From Chiloscyllium plagiosum (Eukaryota), in NCBI RefSeq assembly GCF_004010195.1, contig NC_057718.1, positions 91,775,134 to 91,837,954 on the forward strand: 62,821 nt of DNA, read 5' to 3'. Below are positions 40,024 through 54,424 of the stretch, piece after piece (position 1 is the first letter of the stretch; each line of letters begins with the position of its first letter). A program made the translations under genes and the position numbers. The notes beneath the pieces are model-generated. The model was not told where the DNA came from. It made no database searches and worked only from the letters and a program-made list of their open reading frames with translations.

Positions 40024-40826
40024 TGTAAATCATGAAGTGGCAAAAAGAGGAGTGGGGTTTATTACAGACCAAAATTTAATTTACAGATGGAGGTAAGGAC
40101 TATGGCCAAGGTACTAAATGAGGTACTGAAAGCATCTACCTTTGCCTTCAGTCATTAGGATAGATTGGAAAAGCTGGAACAGTTTCTTTAGAAAAGATAA
40201 AGAGGAAATAAGAGACATTCAAATTCATGGCATGTCTAGACAGAGTAGACAGGAATAAACTTTTCCTATTGATGGAAGGATCAAGAATCTGACGACACCA
40301 ATTTAAAGACGAAAGTTTAAAAAGTCAAAAAGACCATTTTCCCAAAACAGCAAATGTTTAGGAGCCAGAACAGATTACTGCAGAGGATATTGAAGGAAGA
40401 TTTTCAAACCAACATTAGAAAATCAAAAGAAAAAAATTGCAGGGATATGGGATAAAAGTGAGGAGACATCACTATATGAAGGTGCTCAGGATAACTGGCT
40501 TGGACCTAAGTCCTTGAAGCATCTTAATTTGTGCTGCAACTACTCTAAACAATAAACATTCAGGCTTCATACAATCCTATTTAGAAATATATAGATGCTA
40601 AGATTTATAAATCTTTTTTGTGAAAGCAGTACTCCTGAATATACACTGTCTCATTCTTGCTTTCTGATGAAACACCTTTATGCTAGTGCAGTTCACACAT
40701 TTGATGGCACAGTATCGGCACTGAGCAATCTGTCTCATGTTACACTAATGAACAAACACCTGTTTGAGTGCAGAAATCCAAAGCTATTAACCATTGGAGT
40801 CCCCATAACAAAACAGTCATACTCAC

Positions 40827-40955
40827 ATCCACCATGTCTGAATTGAGGACTTGGGTTGCAACAGTGATGAAATCTCCAACCATCATAGTGAAACCAGGTA
40901 AACCAATTAAAAAGAAGCGGGGTGAACAATGTTTGGTGAGTACGTTCAGCACATC
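40827..40955 (-). CDS. RALGAPA2: RALGAPA2 internal exon (first seen in window), 129 nt, phase 0/0
   Basis: ctag|GAT...GAT|gtgagt; encodes [43 protein letters not shown], resembling RalGAP-alpha as recalled; in frame with next exon. Confidence 0.9.
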
Positions 40956-42194
40956 CTAGTTTTAGTTGAAGAAGAAAATAAAGTTTTAGAAAACTAGACT
41001 GATGAGCAATTATCATCACAAATATTTAGAATAATCCAGAAATCGAATATTTAAAATGGACTGTGAAGCACAGAAATATATTGCAACATAATTTAATTGG
41101 CTGGATTGAAGTAACTATATAGAAAATATTCTTCTGCTCAACAGCAAGTAAATGTTTGCAATTACTGAAGAAATGTGGCTTTTGCCGGTTTTTGACTTTT
41201 GTAAGATCTGATATGTTAACAGAAAACATTGAAACACAAGGATTAGCTTCACAAATTTGCATGAAAATTGATATACTACAGTATATTTAAAAAAGTCAAA
41301 TTTAATTTTAAAAGCCTCTGTTCTTCATTGTGGGTTATATCCAAAAAGATAAACAGGCTTTTTTTTCACATTCCTTTTGACAGTTGGCATTTGAACATGT
41401 TTCTGATGGTTAATTTTTAAACCAGGTTGAATCATTTGAGTTATTGGATTTCAAAATTAAACATTCTCTCAGGTAGCAGATGGATCCTACTCATAAAACA
41501 AGTACAAAACAAATGCTGACTATAGGACAGAACAAAAGATCTATCTTTATGATAAAGAGGCTGATTAATGTGTCATTTTTTACATCACACCTGTAATTAC
41601 AAACACAGCCATGCATTGTCCTGGACCATTGTTGTTAGATTTCTGGTATTAAGCAACAGAGGAACAGATGGGAATTCATATCTGTTGACATATGCTGCTT
41701 TTTAAAAATGATACCAGAAACCCAAGCTGTAAAAAGGTGACCATAAGTCATTTTCCCAGTGAACAGTACATTCACGTTGGTTTTAGAAAAAATATTTTAA
41801 ACATTAATTTAGAATGTTCAAGATTCTCACAGATCACCATTGAGATTCGACACACAATATCTGCACACAAATTACTGGTTTTAAAAATAAGACTTTATAA
41901 TATACCTTTAAGCAGCATACAAAGAATGAAAATAAACTGATGTCCTGGAATACATTATAGTTAATTTTGCAGAAACTAAGAGTTTAGTGTGAAACAATTT
42001 GAAAGGTGTGGTCTTGTCCTGCTCACGTTTGACAACAGCAAGTTACCATAAGAACTTGTTTAAACAAGTGCTTTTGGCTGCACTGGATTAATTTTATATA
42101 TTCAAAAAGGGCAATCTTTACCCACTATCATAGAATCATACCAATCATAGTACAGAGGGGATTTAGAGATCCCCTTCAGCTTATCAAGTCTGAA

Positions 42195-42972
42195 AGGTGG
42201 CAGATGGTGTTTAATTTGGCTAAATGCTATATATTGCATCCTAGTAAAACAAAGAAGGGCAAGATTTGTACACTTAATGGTAGGCCCCTGGGTCATGCTG
42301 TAGAACAGAAACCTAGGGGTTCAGGTACATAATTCTTTGAAATTTGCATCACAGGTATACAGGGTGATGAAGAAGGCATTTACCATGCTTGCCTTCATTG
42401 CTCAGACCTTTTAAGTATAGGAGTTGAAATATCATACTGAGGTTGTACAGGACTCTTCTGGAGTACTGCTTGCAGTTCCGGTCACCCTGTTATAGGAAGA
42501 ATACTATTAAACTGGAGGGGGTTCAGAAAAGATTTACCAGCGTGTTGCTGGAACTAGAGGGCTTGAGTTATAAGGATGGGCTGGATAGACTGGGACTTTA
42601 TTCATTGAAGTATAGGAAGTTGAGGGGTGTCCTTAAGAGGTTTATAAAATCATGAAGGGTATAGATAAGGTGAAGAGAAATGATCTTTACCCTAGGATGG
42701 GAGAGTTCAAAACTAGATGGCATATTTTTAAGATGAGAGGAGAAAGATGTAAAAACAACATCAAGAGCAATTTGTTTTTTTTTTATGCAGAGGAAGGGTG
42801 GATGCAGGTACAGTTACAACATTCAAAAGCCATTTAGATAGGTAATGAATATGAAGGGTTTGGAGGGATATGGGCCAAATGTAGGGAGATGGGACTAGTT
42901 TAGTTTGGGAACACGGCCAGTGTGGACTAAATGGACCAAAGAGTGTGTTTCCATGCTATATGACTCTATGAA
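42195..42972 (+). mobile_element. CR1 3' part
   Basis: LEYCLQFRSPCYRK..LEGVQKRFT..LSYKDGLDRLGLYSL; tail CTATATGACTCTATG. Confidence 0.85.
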
Positions 42973-45900
42973 TAGAAGGGATATTAGCTGTTGCACTGGA
43001 AAAAAAATTAAGGGATAATTTCTTTGAATATTCTACTATACATCAGAATTGTCTCATCTTATTTGACCTGGGATTAAGTTTTCAAACCCATATTTTCTTT
43101 AACACAAAGTCCACTTGCTTCCACATTCATTTAATTACTCATCCAACCTCTACCTTGGACTGTTTGTCTACACTTTTAATACCTTCTGACATTAACTTCT
43201 GCAATGCTGAGTCAACAAGCATTTTCCACCCTCCATAAGTATAAAAATTTGCACCTGCATCCTGATTCATGCTGAGTTTTGTTCAATTATCACTCTCAAC
43301 ATTCTGCAGTGATTTCCAATCTATCAAACCTTTCATTTTTAAGTCCTTAACATTATGTTCCAACACTCATGACCTTATTCTGCCAATCTCTGCAATCTTC
43401 ACCAGATTTCTGTATTTGTTCAACTCATGCAGCCTCAAAATTCTTCTCCTCACAACAATGGCAGCCAGACTTTCTGTCATTGAAACCTAGATTCTGGAAT
43501 TTCTTCCTCAACCTCTTTGCCTTTCCAGACCACTGTCCTCTTTTAAGAGACCACTTAAAAATATACCTCTTTGGTTAAGCTAACGCCCCCTTCTTTAGCT
43601 TGTTGTCAACTTTTGACTGATTACACCCTTGAAGCTTCCTAGAATATTTTGTTACATTAAAAGGTGCTGGATCACAGCTGTTACTGAATAAGGCAATGCA
43701 GATATAATTGTCAGATCAGCATTGATCATCTCACAAATCAGTTTCCAAACACCTTCAGAGACTAAACTTCTTTCTGAGCAGACACCGCTGAATCTAACAA
43801 GATTGACCAACTTCAAAATATTTACCCTGGATTAAAATTTATTCAATTTGAGTCACGAAGCAAGTTAAGAACAAAAAAAATGAACTGTATACACAATTAT
43901 TTTCTACCATGTTTTCACACAATAAGTTATTTTTTTAAAATGCAGCACTTTAATATTATAAGTGAGTCAAAGGTACTAATGCTTTCAGATATTTATCACT
44001 TCGAAATGAACACAAATTTCACTGACTTCATATATATCGCATGCTTACTAATTTTAACACAGAAAAACAGAGAATACCCAGTTGGGGGTAATCTAATTGC
44101 CAAATTCCAAAACTTTGGGCTCGCCTTGGAGCTCGAGCAAAATTCTGTTAACAAGTTACAGAAAATCAATTAACCAAAGCTCAGCGCAGGGGGAAAAAAT
44201 GAAACACTAAAAACCTTCTGTTGCTGCCTTTTCATCATCAGAACTGTGACATCTTAGTGTTGTGATAAAAATGTTAAAAAATGAAAATTGCAACTAATAC
44301 TTAATATGCAAAAACGTCAAGCAGGAAGAGCATTCATGAAAAGGGGTAGATAGTGCAGCTTTAGCAAACAGATATTCCAGTTACCTTAGGTAGTCTGACC
44401 TAACTTCAGACCTGTCTGAGAGCCACAATCTGGGAAAACTGCAAGATGAGAACATCTGCCCTTTATCAGCAGGACCATAAAAATCAACTAATTCAAATAC
44501 AGGCATGTTTTTCTTCCTTTTTAAAGCACAGTTCAGTAAATATGAACTGTGCAGGCTGCCTGCTACCTGGTAAATGAATCACTTTAATTGAATGCTTTGT
44601 ACACAGTGCTTGCAGAAATGCAAGCAGTAGTGAAAACATATGGTGGTAGCAAAAAGCAGTTGGTGAGTGCACTTGGTTACTCCGACAATCCTTTCATTCC
44701 ATTTGAAAAATGATTTTGCTCACTTATTTGAAATGCAGCATTATATGAGTGCACTGTTTGTTTCATTTAGGTCAAAGAGAGCTAATGAAGTAGAAAAACC
44801 TCACCGTATGTATAATTAACACCATGACATCATGTGTATATATTTCTGGAAAATAACCGACAGTTCAAAGCTTTAACATGGTGTGAAAAATGGGAGGGCC
44901 ATAACAGTGGGTGTGTGGCTAGATGGAGTTGAAGCTCCTCCCACCACAGGAGCAAAAGGGTAATGCAAAACATGTTGGGGGGGGTTGCAAGTAATTCAGG
45001 CAAAACATGTTCTCAGCAAAGGTAAGGATAAAGTGCTGTTGGAGCTCTCATTCATCACCAATTTATTATTAAACATTATTTTCCATGTACAACTGTGTCT
45101 GTAACCTGTAGAAATTAAAAAGCTCTTATCCATTGCTGTCTGACAGTCTACACAATGGTATTGACAAAAATACATATAATGGACTCTTTAGCTGTGTATT
45201 ACAAAATTATCAACCATTTTAATTAGCAATCATATCTAAAATAGTAGAGTTGTTTCTTTTAAAAGGCATTTTGAGTAAAGCTATTCTATATAAAAAGTTG
45301 TTCTGGTAGTGATTCATTTTTCCTACAAAGTATTATCCAATACCTTCTATTTATCAAATACAAATTAACTGATGAAGCTCAATGCTAAAACTATCAGGAC
45401 ATTCAAATAAATATTACTAGAGTCCTAAGAATAAAGCAATGTCAAACATTTACAGATATATGTATTTCAGTATCCAGTAAAAGTGAGTTAATTGATTTAA
45501 TTGAACTGTCATCTTGTTGCTCAAATGCTACTGTTGACCATTCAAGAGTCATACAGCATTCAATTATAGCACTTCACCTATTCTGCACAATCAGACAAAA
45601 CAAGCAAACTTCAGAATGCTGTATTAATTCATCAGCATAGTCACTACATCCATGAAACTACCATACTACTCCCTCAATGGCATTTTCCTAGCACTAATGA
45701 AAGCAGACATGTTGAACATTCCTTTTCAATTCGGCACAGTAACTATTTTCTAAACCCTCATTAATTCCTGAAAATAACTCACCCTCAAAATCTTTGATCT
45801 TGCTCAGAATCAGCTCAACCCCAACTTCTCAATTATCTGGCATTCCAGTTCTGACTCCCTCTAATTTGTTTCTGCACACCTGAAGTACAGAAACCACCTT

Positions 45901-48900
45901 AACCAAGAACACAAACTAAAAAGCACTGACCATGGGGAATGAATTTGTTCTCCTTACTCTCTCTCAGATTTTGAAATAGCTATGAAATACCACAGTTTTC
46001 CTCTATGATCCGGTTTACTAGGGATATCCTGACTTGGTTCCACTCTGGCACATTATATAGCTAGATTAACTCTAGCAACAGCTTTTCCACCCATTCATGC
46101 ACTATTGCCTTATCAGTTCCCAAAAATCCTTAGTCCTTCCCTCATCTGCATGCTATTCTTCAGTGAAATCATCCACAGATATGACAACCAGTTCTACTTC
46201 TTAACCATGTTTCTTAATGTTCTCTACTGATCCATGACATCCAGTTTGAAAGAGCAGTTAGTTATGCATGTTAAATATTAGTGAAACAGGAGTTAATATC
46301 TTTGGCTGCTGACACTAACTCCCATCATTCCCCTCATTGTCCAATGTCTCAGGTGCAACCTCAGTGTGCTGTTCAACCATGAGTTGAATTTCCAACTCTT
46401 TATCCTCTCCATCACTAATAACATACTACCAATCCAAAACATTATCCAGTACGTTCCTCCATCCTGCGCCCTTTTCTTTTCAGTCCAGTTGCTGAAAATT
46501 TTCTCTCGTGCTATCCTCCAGACTCTATTGTACCATTGCCTCCGAGCCAGCTTCAGCACTCTGAGAAGCTCAGATGTAAAACTGTTAATGGCATTGTAAA
46601 AGTTACTGCTGTTGCCATCACAATAGCTTTGTAACACTTCAATGATTTTCTATCTCTTAATGCCTTTAATTTATCATTCCCAGCCTTCTTCCCGGTCAGT
46701 TTTGCAATCACCTCCAGCTCTATAAATCTCTTGGACATTATTTTTTCCACGGGTGGTTCTAAAACTTCAGCAGTGTTATGTGCACTGTGTCAGCTAACAT
46801 TCTTAATACCTCCACGAAGTCAAATTTAAAAGTGTGTTAATGTACAAAGAAAAGCGGAAATAGATCATTCTGACATTAAACTTTGCTACCTTAAATTCAT
46901 GTTGCTGCCCAACCCAGATTATTTTATAATAAAATAGACTTGAAGAAGATAATATATTTAAACTTTAAAAACTTAAGTGTAAAAACTGACTTTGTATTCT
47001 TCTGTGTTTGCTGCAAAATGGATGTAAGAGGCCAATTTCAAGGACTGACATCTGTGTCCTAGGGACGCCTGAAAGAGAGCTCCACCCAATATTGGGCCAG
47101 CCTGCTTTTCAGGCAGTGTGGCCATTTCAAATAAGCTATAGTTTCCTGTTATGTGTTGTTATGCCTGGCAGCTGTTTTATAATTCCTCTTGGAAATGGAA
47201 TCTCCCTAAGTTTAATAAAGCACATAGAAACAGAAGATTGTGGCCTTGCAAACAGTGCCCATCAAAAAGGTAATGAAAAAAAATTGTCTTTTTTTTAAAT
47301 TTTAAGTTGGAAAAGATTCGTTCTCCTGGTTTCATACTAACCCTGACAGCAGCTGCCAGGTACAATGAGTACTTCCATCCCATGATTCTTCTGCAGCTGA
47401 AGAAATAGCTTTCTTTTCAAAATCACTTTCAACTGCTTGGATTCGAATGGCAATGGATAATATATATAACCAACTGAAGACTCATATCCTTACAAACAGA
47501 TGGATTGTAAACCTTCATGTGTCACAGGATTGAATAATTCTGATGCTATCTACTGCTGCCTCAGGGTAAGAAAAAGGTCAACAGTACAAAACTGAATTTG
47601 CTTTGTAGCATGCAAGGCAGCAGCTGCATTAAGTGCTAAGACAGCTTGCCTAGCTTTTAGAAAACAAAGGTGACACCACTTTTGGTAGGTTGTAAGAGAG
47701 AGAGAGACATATAAAAGCACCTCAGCTATTAATATACTTAACTACTACACAGGTTTATGTGCCTAAATCAGAATGTATTTGCCTATACGCAAGAGGGATG
47801 TCACTGCATTAGCATTTGATTCCAACTACAAACTGTCAGCTTCAGAAACAGGACAGGGAGAGTCAGCCAAAAGCTGCTTTCCTCCTCCACCTACACCATA
47901 GAAAGGACTTTATCCTACTTGTACTCTAAGTTCTTCTTCAACATTGTCCTGTTTAACATTGTTTTGCTTTAACATTGATAGGTCCCCACAATGTGACAAT
48001 GATGTTGAGCTTTGCAACATTCGTTTTAACATCCTTTCCTGTGCAATCTGATTGGCACCTCTCGCAAACTTGGACCTCCAAATCTCAGCCTCTTCCTCAG
48101 TCCTTGATGAATCTTGTAAAACACATACCAGTATTCAAAACCCAAATTTCTTTTTAACCCAAAACATAATGAAGTTTATAGCTATACACGTAGATTAACA
48201 GCAAACAAAGGAAAATCAAGAGATTAACCAAAATGTGCAGCATTGTTTTTCTTCAAGACAATAACATTGTAACAAGTTATTCTTTCAAATAATGTGGGTT
48301 ATAGAAATCAACAGACATCATTTTGTTTTAATCAGATTTTCGTCCATGAATACATGAAATAATGTATTAACAACCTATTACTACACTGCAGAATGTGAAC
48401 AATATTATACTAAATTATCTTTGTAGCATGAATGGAGCTTCACTCTACTTGAAAAATCAGACAAGTTTAAAGCCCATAATGAACAACCTAACTTACTGAA
48501 TAGCTGCTGTGCAATTTGAGAGAATCCAGCAATGCTTATAGAACACTGCTGTTTTAATTCACACCCCTAAGTTTATTATTGGCAGTTACTCATTTACAAT
48601 TAATTACTGGCTGTTGATACCCCAGCCATCTGGCACCCTCTGAAATGGTATTACAATCTAACAATTGCAACAGTGCTCAAAATAAGCTTTAAGACTTCTC
48701 TACAGCATATGGGAATTTACAGTAAGTATGATGAATAGCAGTGAATATTGCTTCAAATTAATGCAGGAAAAGAGGATCAGAGGACATTAATTTAAAACAG
48801 ATACTACAAAATACTTCTTAACTGAAAAAGTGATAAATATTTGGTGCAATCTGGCAGGCAGCATACGAAAAAGCAAGACTGTCAGTACAGCTGAAAAGAG

Positions 48901-50872
48901 AATGCAATTGTGAAAGAACTGGATAGTAGAAGCGATGAGTTCCTGTGGATCGGATGTCCATTTCTTATGCTCTTACGATTATTATTAAGCACGCTCACTG
49001 ACTTCAACAACAGCAGCAATGAAAGATCAGGTTTCAAATGTTGCTGTTTCTATCTCTACAAGCGCTGCCAGCCTTAAGTATTTCCAACATTTTGTTTTTA
49101 TCAGCTTACGGACTACCTTACTTCAATATTTCAACAAATACCCTTAACTACTGATTAACATATGTCTAAATACATGCAGACTAGAGGTTTTCAAATTAAA
49201 TACTTCAACATTTAGCAAGTAAAATTCAACATTTGTCGTTATTAGAACACAGTGTATTTCTGGTGTTTTGCTTTAGCTAATGTATATTCCTAACACTAAA
49301 TTATTCTAGTAAAGCTTGTGTGTTCACTATGTCATACACTAAAAACAAAAGAAAACAATTTTGTATACTGCACTAGAAATAAAAGGCAGTGTTGACATGG
49401 TTATTGGCACCATCTGGGGGTAGAAATTAGTAAAGCATTATTGAGAAGATGCATTTGCAATTGGTTGTGGTACAACATACATTAATTCATTTCAGAATCC
49501 TTATTTTAAGGAAAGAAAACTTATAGCCATGAGCAGCAAAAAATCTGCAAATGCTCAGCAGCTGTAACATTATATCCTGCACTCTATTCTGTTACCCTGT
49601 AGTACTTATGTGGTGTGATCTGCTGTAAAGTACGTGAGGCAACATTTTTCACTGGAGCGCAGTACATGTAACAATAATAAAGCAAATCAAGGACAACCCT
49701 CAATAACTTAGGCGTGTATTACTTTTCTATGCAGATAGCATCATACGAGTGTTTCAAACAGTGTTATCCTTAGCTGTTCAGAAAAACAAACACTTACTTG
49801 GCCCCTTTAATGCAACCTCAGAAATCTAGTCACCGTCGTAACGTTGCAACTGCAACAGTCACCTTGCACACAGCACAGTCTCACAAATATTAAGGCAATT
49901 ATAACTGGTTTATTCGGTTATTTTGAAGTTCTGCTAGAAGAATAAATATTGGCCAGGCTACTGGAGAAGATTGCCATGCTCTTCTTCAAACAGTGCCAAG
50001 GAATCTCTCCATCCATGTGAGAGATTTGATGGAGGTTTGCAACATTCTCTTCCGACTGAACAGCTTAGAACTGGTGCTCAAGTTTGTAGAATAGGGCTCA
50101 AAGATAAGAGTGTTGCCATTGAACCATGTAAGGTACTGTGCTGATATACTTTGAGATATGTAATTGTGGATATGAAACGAAATCGGTTAAAGGTATAATG
50201 TCAAAAAACGTACCACACAATGAGCACAGCATTGAAGAATACCAAAACACACTGAGAAGCCTCAATTGCCCCTTCCAGAGAACACAGATTAACTAATTTT
50301 GGTATTTATAGAAGAATGGTATATCCAGGGAAAGGACAAATGAGAATGGTCTATACAAACATGAAAGTTCTACACCATTAAGTCTGATTACCTCAAGAAA
50401 AAGTCAACAGCACAAACCCCAAGTTAATGAGCACACCTCCTGTAGCTGCACAACAAAATCTAGCATACTGTGTGGTTATGACCCATTTTTAAAATCATGG
50501 TTCCTCTTGGTGACATCATCAATAGGTGCACATCAATTAAAGCTTCAATTGTCAGTGCTCAACCTCTCATTTTCCATATTAACATCAAACTGTGGACAAA
50601 GCACAACTTCTTCAAAATAATCATCAGGAAGGGAAAGACTACTTTGCTCAGTTTCTGCCCGATTTTCTGTATTTCATCACCACCTCTATCCTGACCTCTT
50701 GCTATTCAATCAAACTGAAATCAACAATGCACAATGCACTGTCCTGCTGACTCAAACCGAGGTCAACCCAACATCTCCAAAATAGCTTATTTGCATCTGA
50801 TAATGTTGTCTTTTCATTGACCTATCAGGTTTTCATATATCATGAGAAAATGGAATCAATGGGACATTTATG

Positions 50873-51455
50873 CAAGATGGCAGCAGAGTAAGACAATCCA
50901 GCTGGAGCTCTTCTGCTCTGTCCTTTCTTTTCCTTTTTTTCATTTTATTTTCGTCCTTCTTGCATGTTTTTTTTCCAACTAATGACTTTGACTTACCAGG
51001 AGGGGAATTTGTCGAGCTGGCAAGCACTGGAGGCAAATCCCAGAGCAGAGAACGGCACAGGGAATCATTCTTAGAGAAAACTTGCCTTGGAACAGCTGAC
51101 AGCCAGTGCAAAGAGGACTACAGGCTTGGCTGGAGCAGGGACGGTTGTTGGACCATAGACTGGCGCAGGCGGTCAGACCACATGGAGAAGTCCCTGAGCT
51201 AAGCTACTGAAATGTTTATTTGTCATTTGTTTATCTGCTTGTAAAGACTACCCTTTTAATTAAGTCTTATTTCTAACTTATTCTGTGAATCACTGTAAAG
51301 TAATGCAACCACTTTTTTATTCTTCTTTTCGTACCTAAGGTTTGCACCTAGGTAAGATTTCTTTGTAGGATGGCGCTATAAGAGATGACATTGTAAAGCT
51401 TTTCACTGTACTCCTGTGCTTGAGTACATGTGACAATGAAGGATACTCTATTCAA
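50873..51455 (+). mobile_element. Non-coding element with Rex1-like 3' tail
   Basis: AAGATGGC head; tail AAAGCTTTTCACTGT..GTACATGTGACAAT similar to 30940-30988. Confidence 0.6.
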
Positions 51456-51524
51456 TAAAGGATATTCTACTGAAGTAAAATAAATCATGAAAGCAACTAT
51501 AAGACCTCTTGCAAATATAACTTT

Positions 51525-51790
51525 TAGATTAGATTCCCTACAGGCCCTTCTGCCCAACAAGTCCACACTGACCCTCCGAAGAGTAACTCACCCAGACCCA
51601 TTTCCCTCTGACTAATGCACCTAACACTATAGGCAATTTAGCATGGCCAATTCACCTGACCTGCACATCTTCAGACTGTGGGAGGAAACCAGAGTACGTG
51701 GAGGAAACCCACGGAGATACAGGAAGAATGTGCAAACTCCACACAGACAGTTACCCGAGGCTGGAATTGAACATGGGTTCCTGGCACTGT
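51525..51790 (-). mobile_element. HE1/V-SINE-like SINE
   Basis: Antisense V-domain and TAGATTAGA tail. Confidence 0.85.
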
Positions 51791-53609
51791 CAGGACAAAG
51801 GGAACCCTATTGTTGTTCTGGGAAGGAATGGGTGGGGTGAGGGCTAAAATGAGAGAGCTGGGTTGGACACAGGCTTTATCACCAAATGGGTGAGAATTCT
51901 CAGTTGAGGAAACAAGAGGTCATGTCTGATACAGTGGAAGGTGGCATCATCAGAACAGATGCTTCAGAGATGAGATCCAAGCAGATACCCATAATGTCAC
52001 CTTTGACCTAACTCATCTAATTTTCTGAGAGTTAAAGGAGAAGGTATTCAAACTGAGAAGGAATTCAGTTTGACAAAGGAGGTGATAGTGGATGCAGACC
52101 GTGCAGGCCTTTCAAGAAAGGAACAGAGAGCCTTCCGATCATTCTGATGTGAGGGTGTACAAACAGAAGGAGTACACATTCATGGTGAAGAGCTGGTGGC
52201 TATGGTTAGAAAACTGGAAAGTGTAGAACCAACGTAAAGCATCAGAAGATTCTGAATACAAATAGGGAGAGTATGAACAAAAGGGAAAAATAGAGATGAG
52301 TTAGGAAGAAATAAGCTCAATGGAGCGAGAATAGGTTGAAATAAGGAATCTGTCAGGGCAATCTTGCTTGTGAATTTGGGAAGAAGTGTGGTTGGTGGAT
52401 GATGAGGTTCTAAACCGTTAAAGGCAGACCTCCAGAGGAGGTGAGGACAGTGACAGTCCTAGGAAAAAACACCCTGATTTCAGTATTGGGATCATAATCC
52501 ATGATGAGATAGGAAGTGTTTGAGAGTTGAAAGTTTTTGATATTATTTTTATCAACTCATGCGTTTATTTTCAACTTCACAGGTATTATAATGTGTGGGA
52601 CAAATGTAAGGTATTACTCTAATAAGTGATATTATCTTTAATCACAGAACATTTTGACCGCATGATGTTCCACATTCAACTAACAATAAGAGTTTACACC
52701 AATATCCTGTAATCTGTACAGCATTACTCACCCTTCCAGTGACTGTGTGAGGAAATTAACTAAGGTCTCACTATAAGAAATAGGTGAATGCAAAATATCA
52801 AACACAAAATAATTGAAACTCAAGCTATCTCAATGACTATCTGGTTATAATTTACATGGAACAAATTACTTCCCTATTAAAGATATAGATCTGTTCCACA
52901 AAATATTAATTCACAGCTTTTTCTCCTGTCTAGGTGGTCAAACAAATATCTCAACCTATAAAAGCAGTTTTAAATGGCCACATGAATGGGATCTGCTTAA
53001 ATGCCCAGTACATAATTAAGATGTTCACTACCTCCTACCCAGACTCTCTTCAGCTGGAATAGAAGCAAAGTATTATAAGTGCTGGAGAAACCCAGTAGGT
53101 CTGACAGCATTTGTGAGGAGAGAAACTCCAAGGAAGAGTCAGTGGTCTCAAAACATTGTCAAATACTGACTTTCTTCAGTATTTTCTATTTTCATTGCCC
53201 TGCAGTTAACTTATCTATACTGCAAAGACAATGTCTGTAATGCTTGAAGTGATGATGTTGGTGGAAGGACAGCCTTGAAACACCGTATCTCACTACTGAA
53301 GGACCACCAGGAATTTTCAGTGCATAACACTTTCTCAGGACAGAAGATCAACGAATGAGGAATTTCAAATAATGCAGTCATACAAATAACACCATCACCA
53401 AAACAGCTGGTTCCATGACAATAAGTGACAATTATATAATGGGAATCTGAATATTACATTAGGTGATGAATCTGTCTACACTTATCTCTATGACAAGCTT
53501 TCTTCAAGCAAGCCTACATTGGGCACAGGTGGGATTTCTACACTGATCACAAATACAAAAGTATGAATTACTAGACTTCTTCCCTTTTGGAGGGCAATCA
53601 CAAGGTAAA

Positions 53610-54065
53610 GTTAAACAAGGATGTTGCCAGTGTTAGGGGGTTTGAGCTATTGGGATAGGCTGGGACTATTTTCTCTGGAGCTTCGGAGGCTAAGGACCTG
53701 AAAGAGGTTTGTAAAATCATGAGGGGCATGGATATGATAAATAGACAAGGTATTTTCCCGGGGTGGGGTAGTCTAAAGCTAGACGGCATGGTTTTAAGGT
53801 GAGAGGGGAATGATTTAAAAAGGATCTAAGGGGCAACCTTTTCAGGTAAAGGGTGGTGTATGCATGGAATGACCTGTCAGAGGAATTGGAGGAGACTGAT
53901 ACAATTATAACATTTAAAAAGCATCTGGATGGGTATGTGAATAGGATGGGTTTAGAGGGAAAGGGGCCAAATACTGGCAAATAGGATTAGATTTATGTGG
54001 GATATCTGGTCAGCATGGACAAGTTGAACCGGTCTGTTTCCATGCTGTACATCTCTATGACTCTA
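53610..54065 (+). mobile_element. CR1 3' end
   Basis: EVCKIMRGMD remnant; tail CTGTACATCTCTATGACTCT. Confidence 0.8.
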
Positions 54066-54424
54066 TTTAGCTCTTTCTTCCTTCAAAATTTAGTCACCAT
54101 TGATATGTAATAAGTTCAGGTCAAATCAGTTAGAAACTGAGGGAGAATTCCTCCCTCCCTGATATGGTATGGGCAACTTCAAGAAAATGCAGCAACAGCA
54201 AACAAAAACATCGGAATTGCAATGTGGAGGAATAATTTTGATTTTTCCCTTAGCCTTTAAATGGTGACTTTAGACTCTTGTTATTGAATGGTGACTGTCA
54301 TATTTCCACATATCAGCATGTCATCATGAGTCTAATTCACCTTATGTATACACCATTACAAATTCTCCAACTTTCCCCAAAAAACGTGACTGTACAAGTT
54401 CCCAACATGCAAGTCAGATGTGGC

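Noticed and set aside
52732..52770. 39-nt pseudo-exon with AG and GTGAGT borders
   Set aside because: Begins with TGA in the phase-0 frame and has no other support; a poison exon cannot be excluded but cannot be claimed
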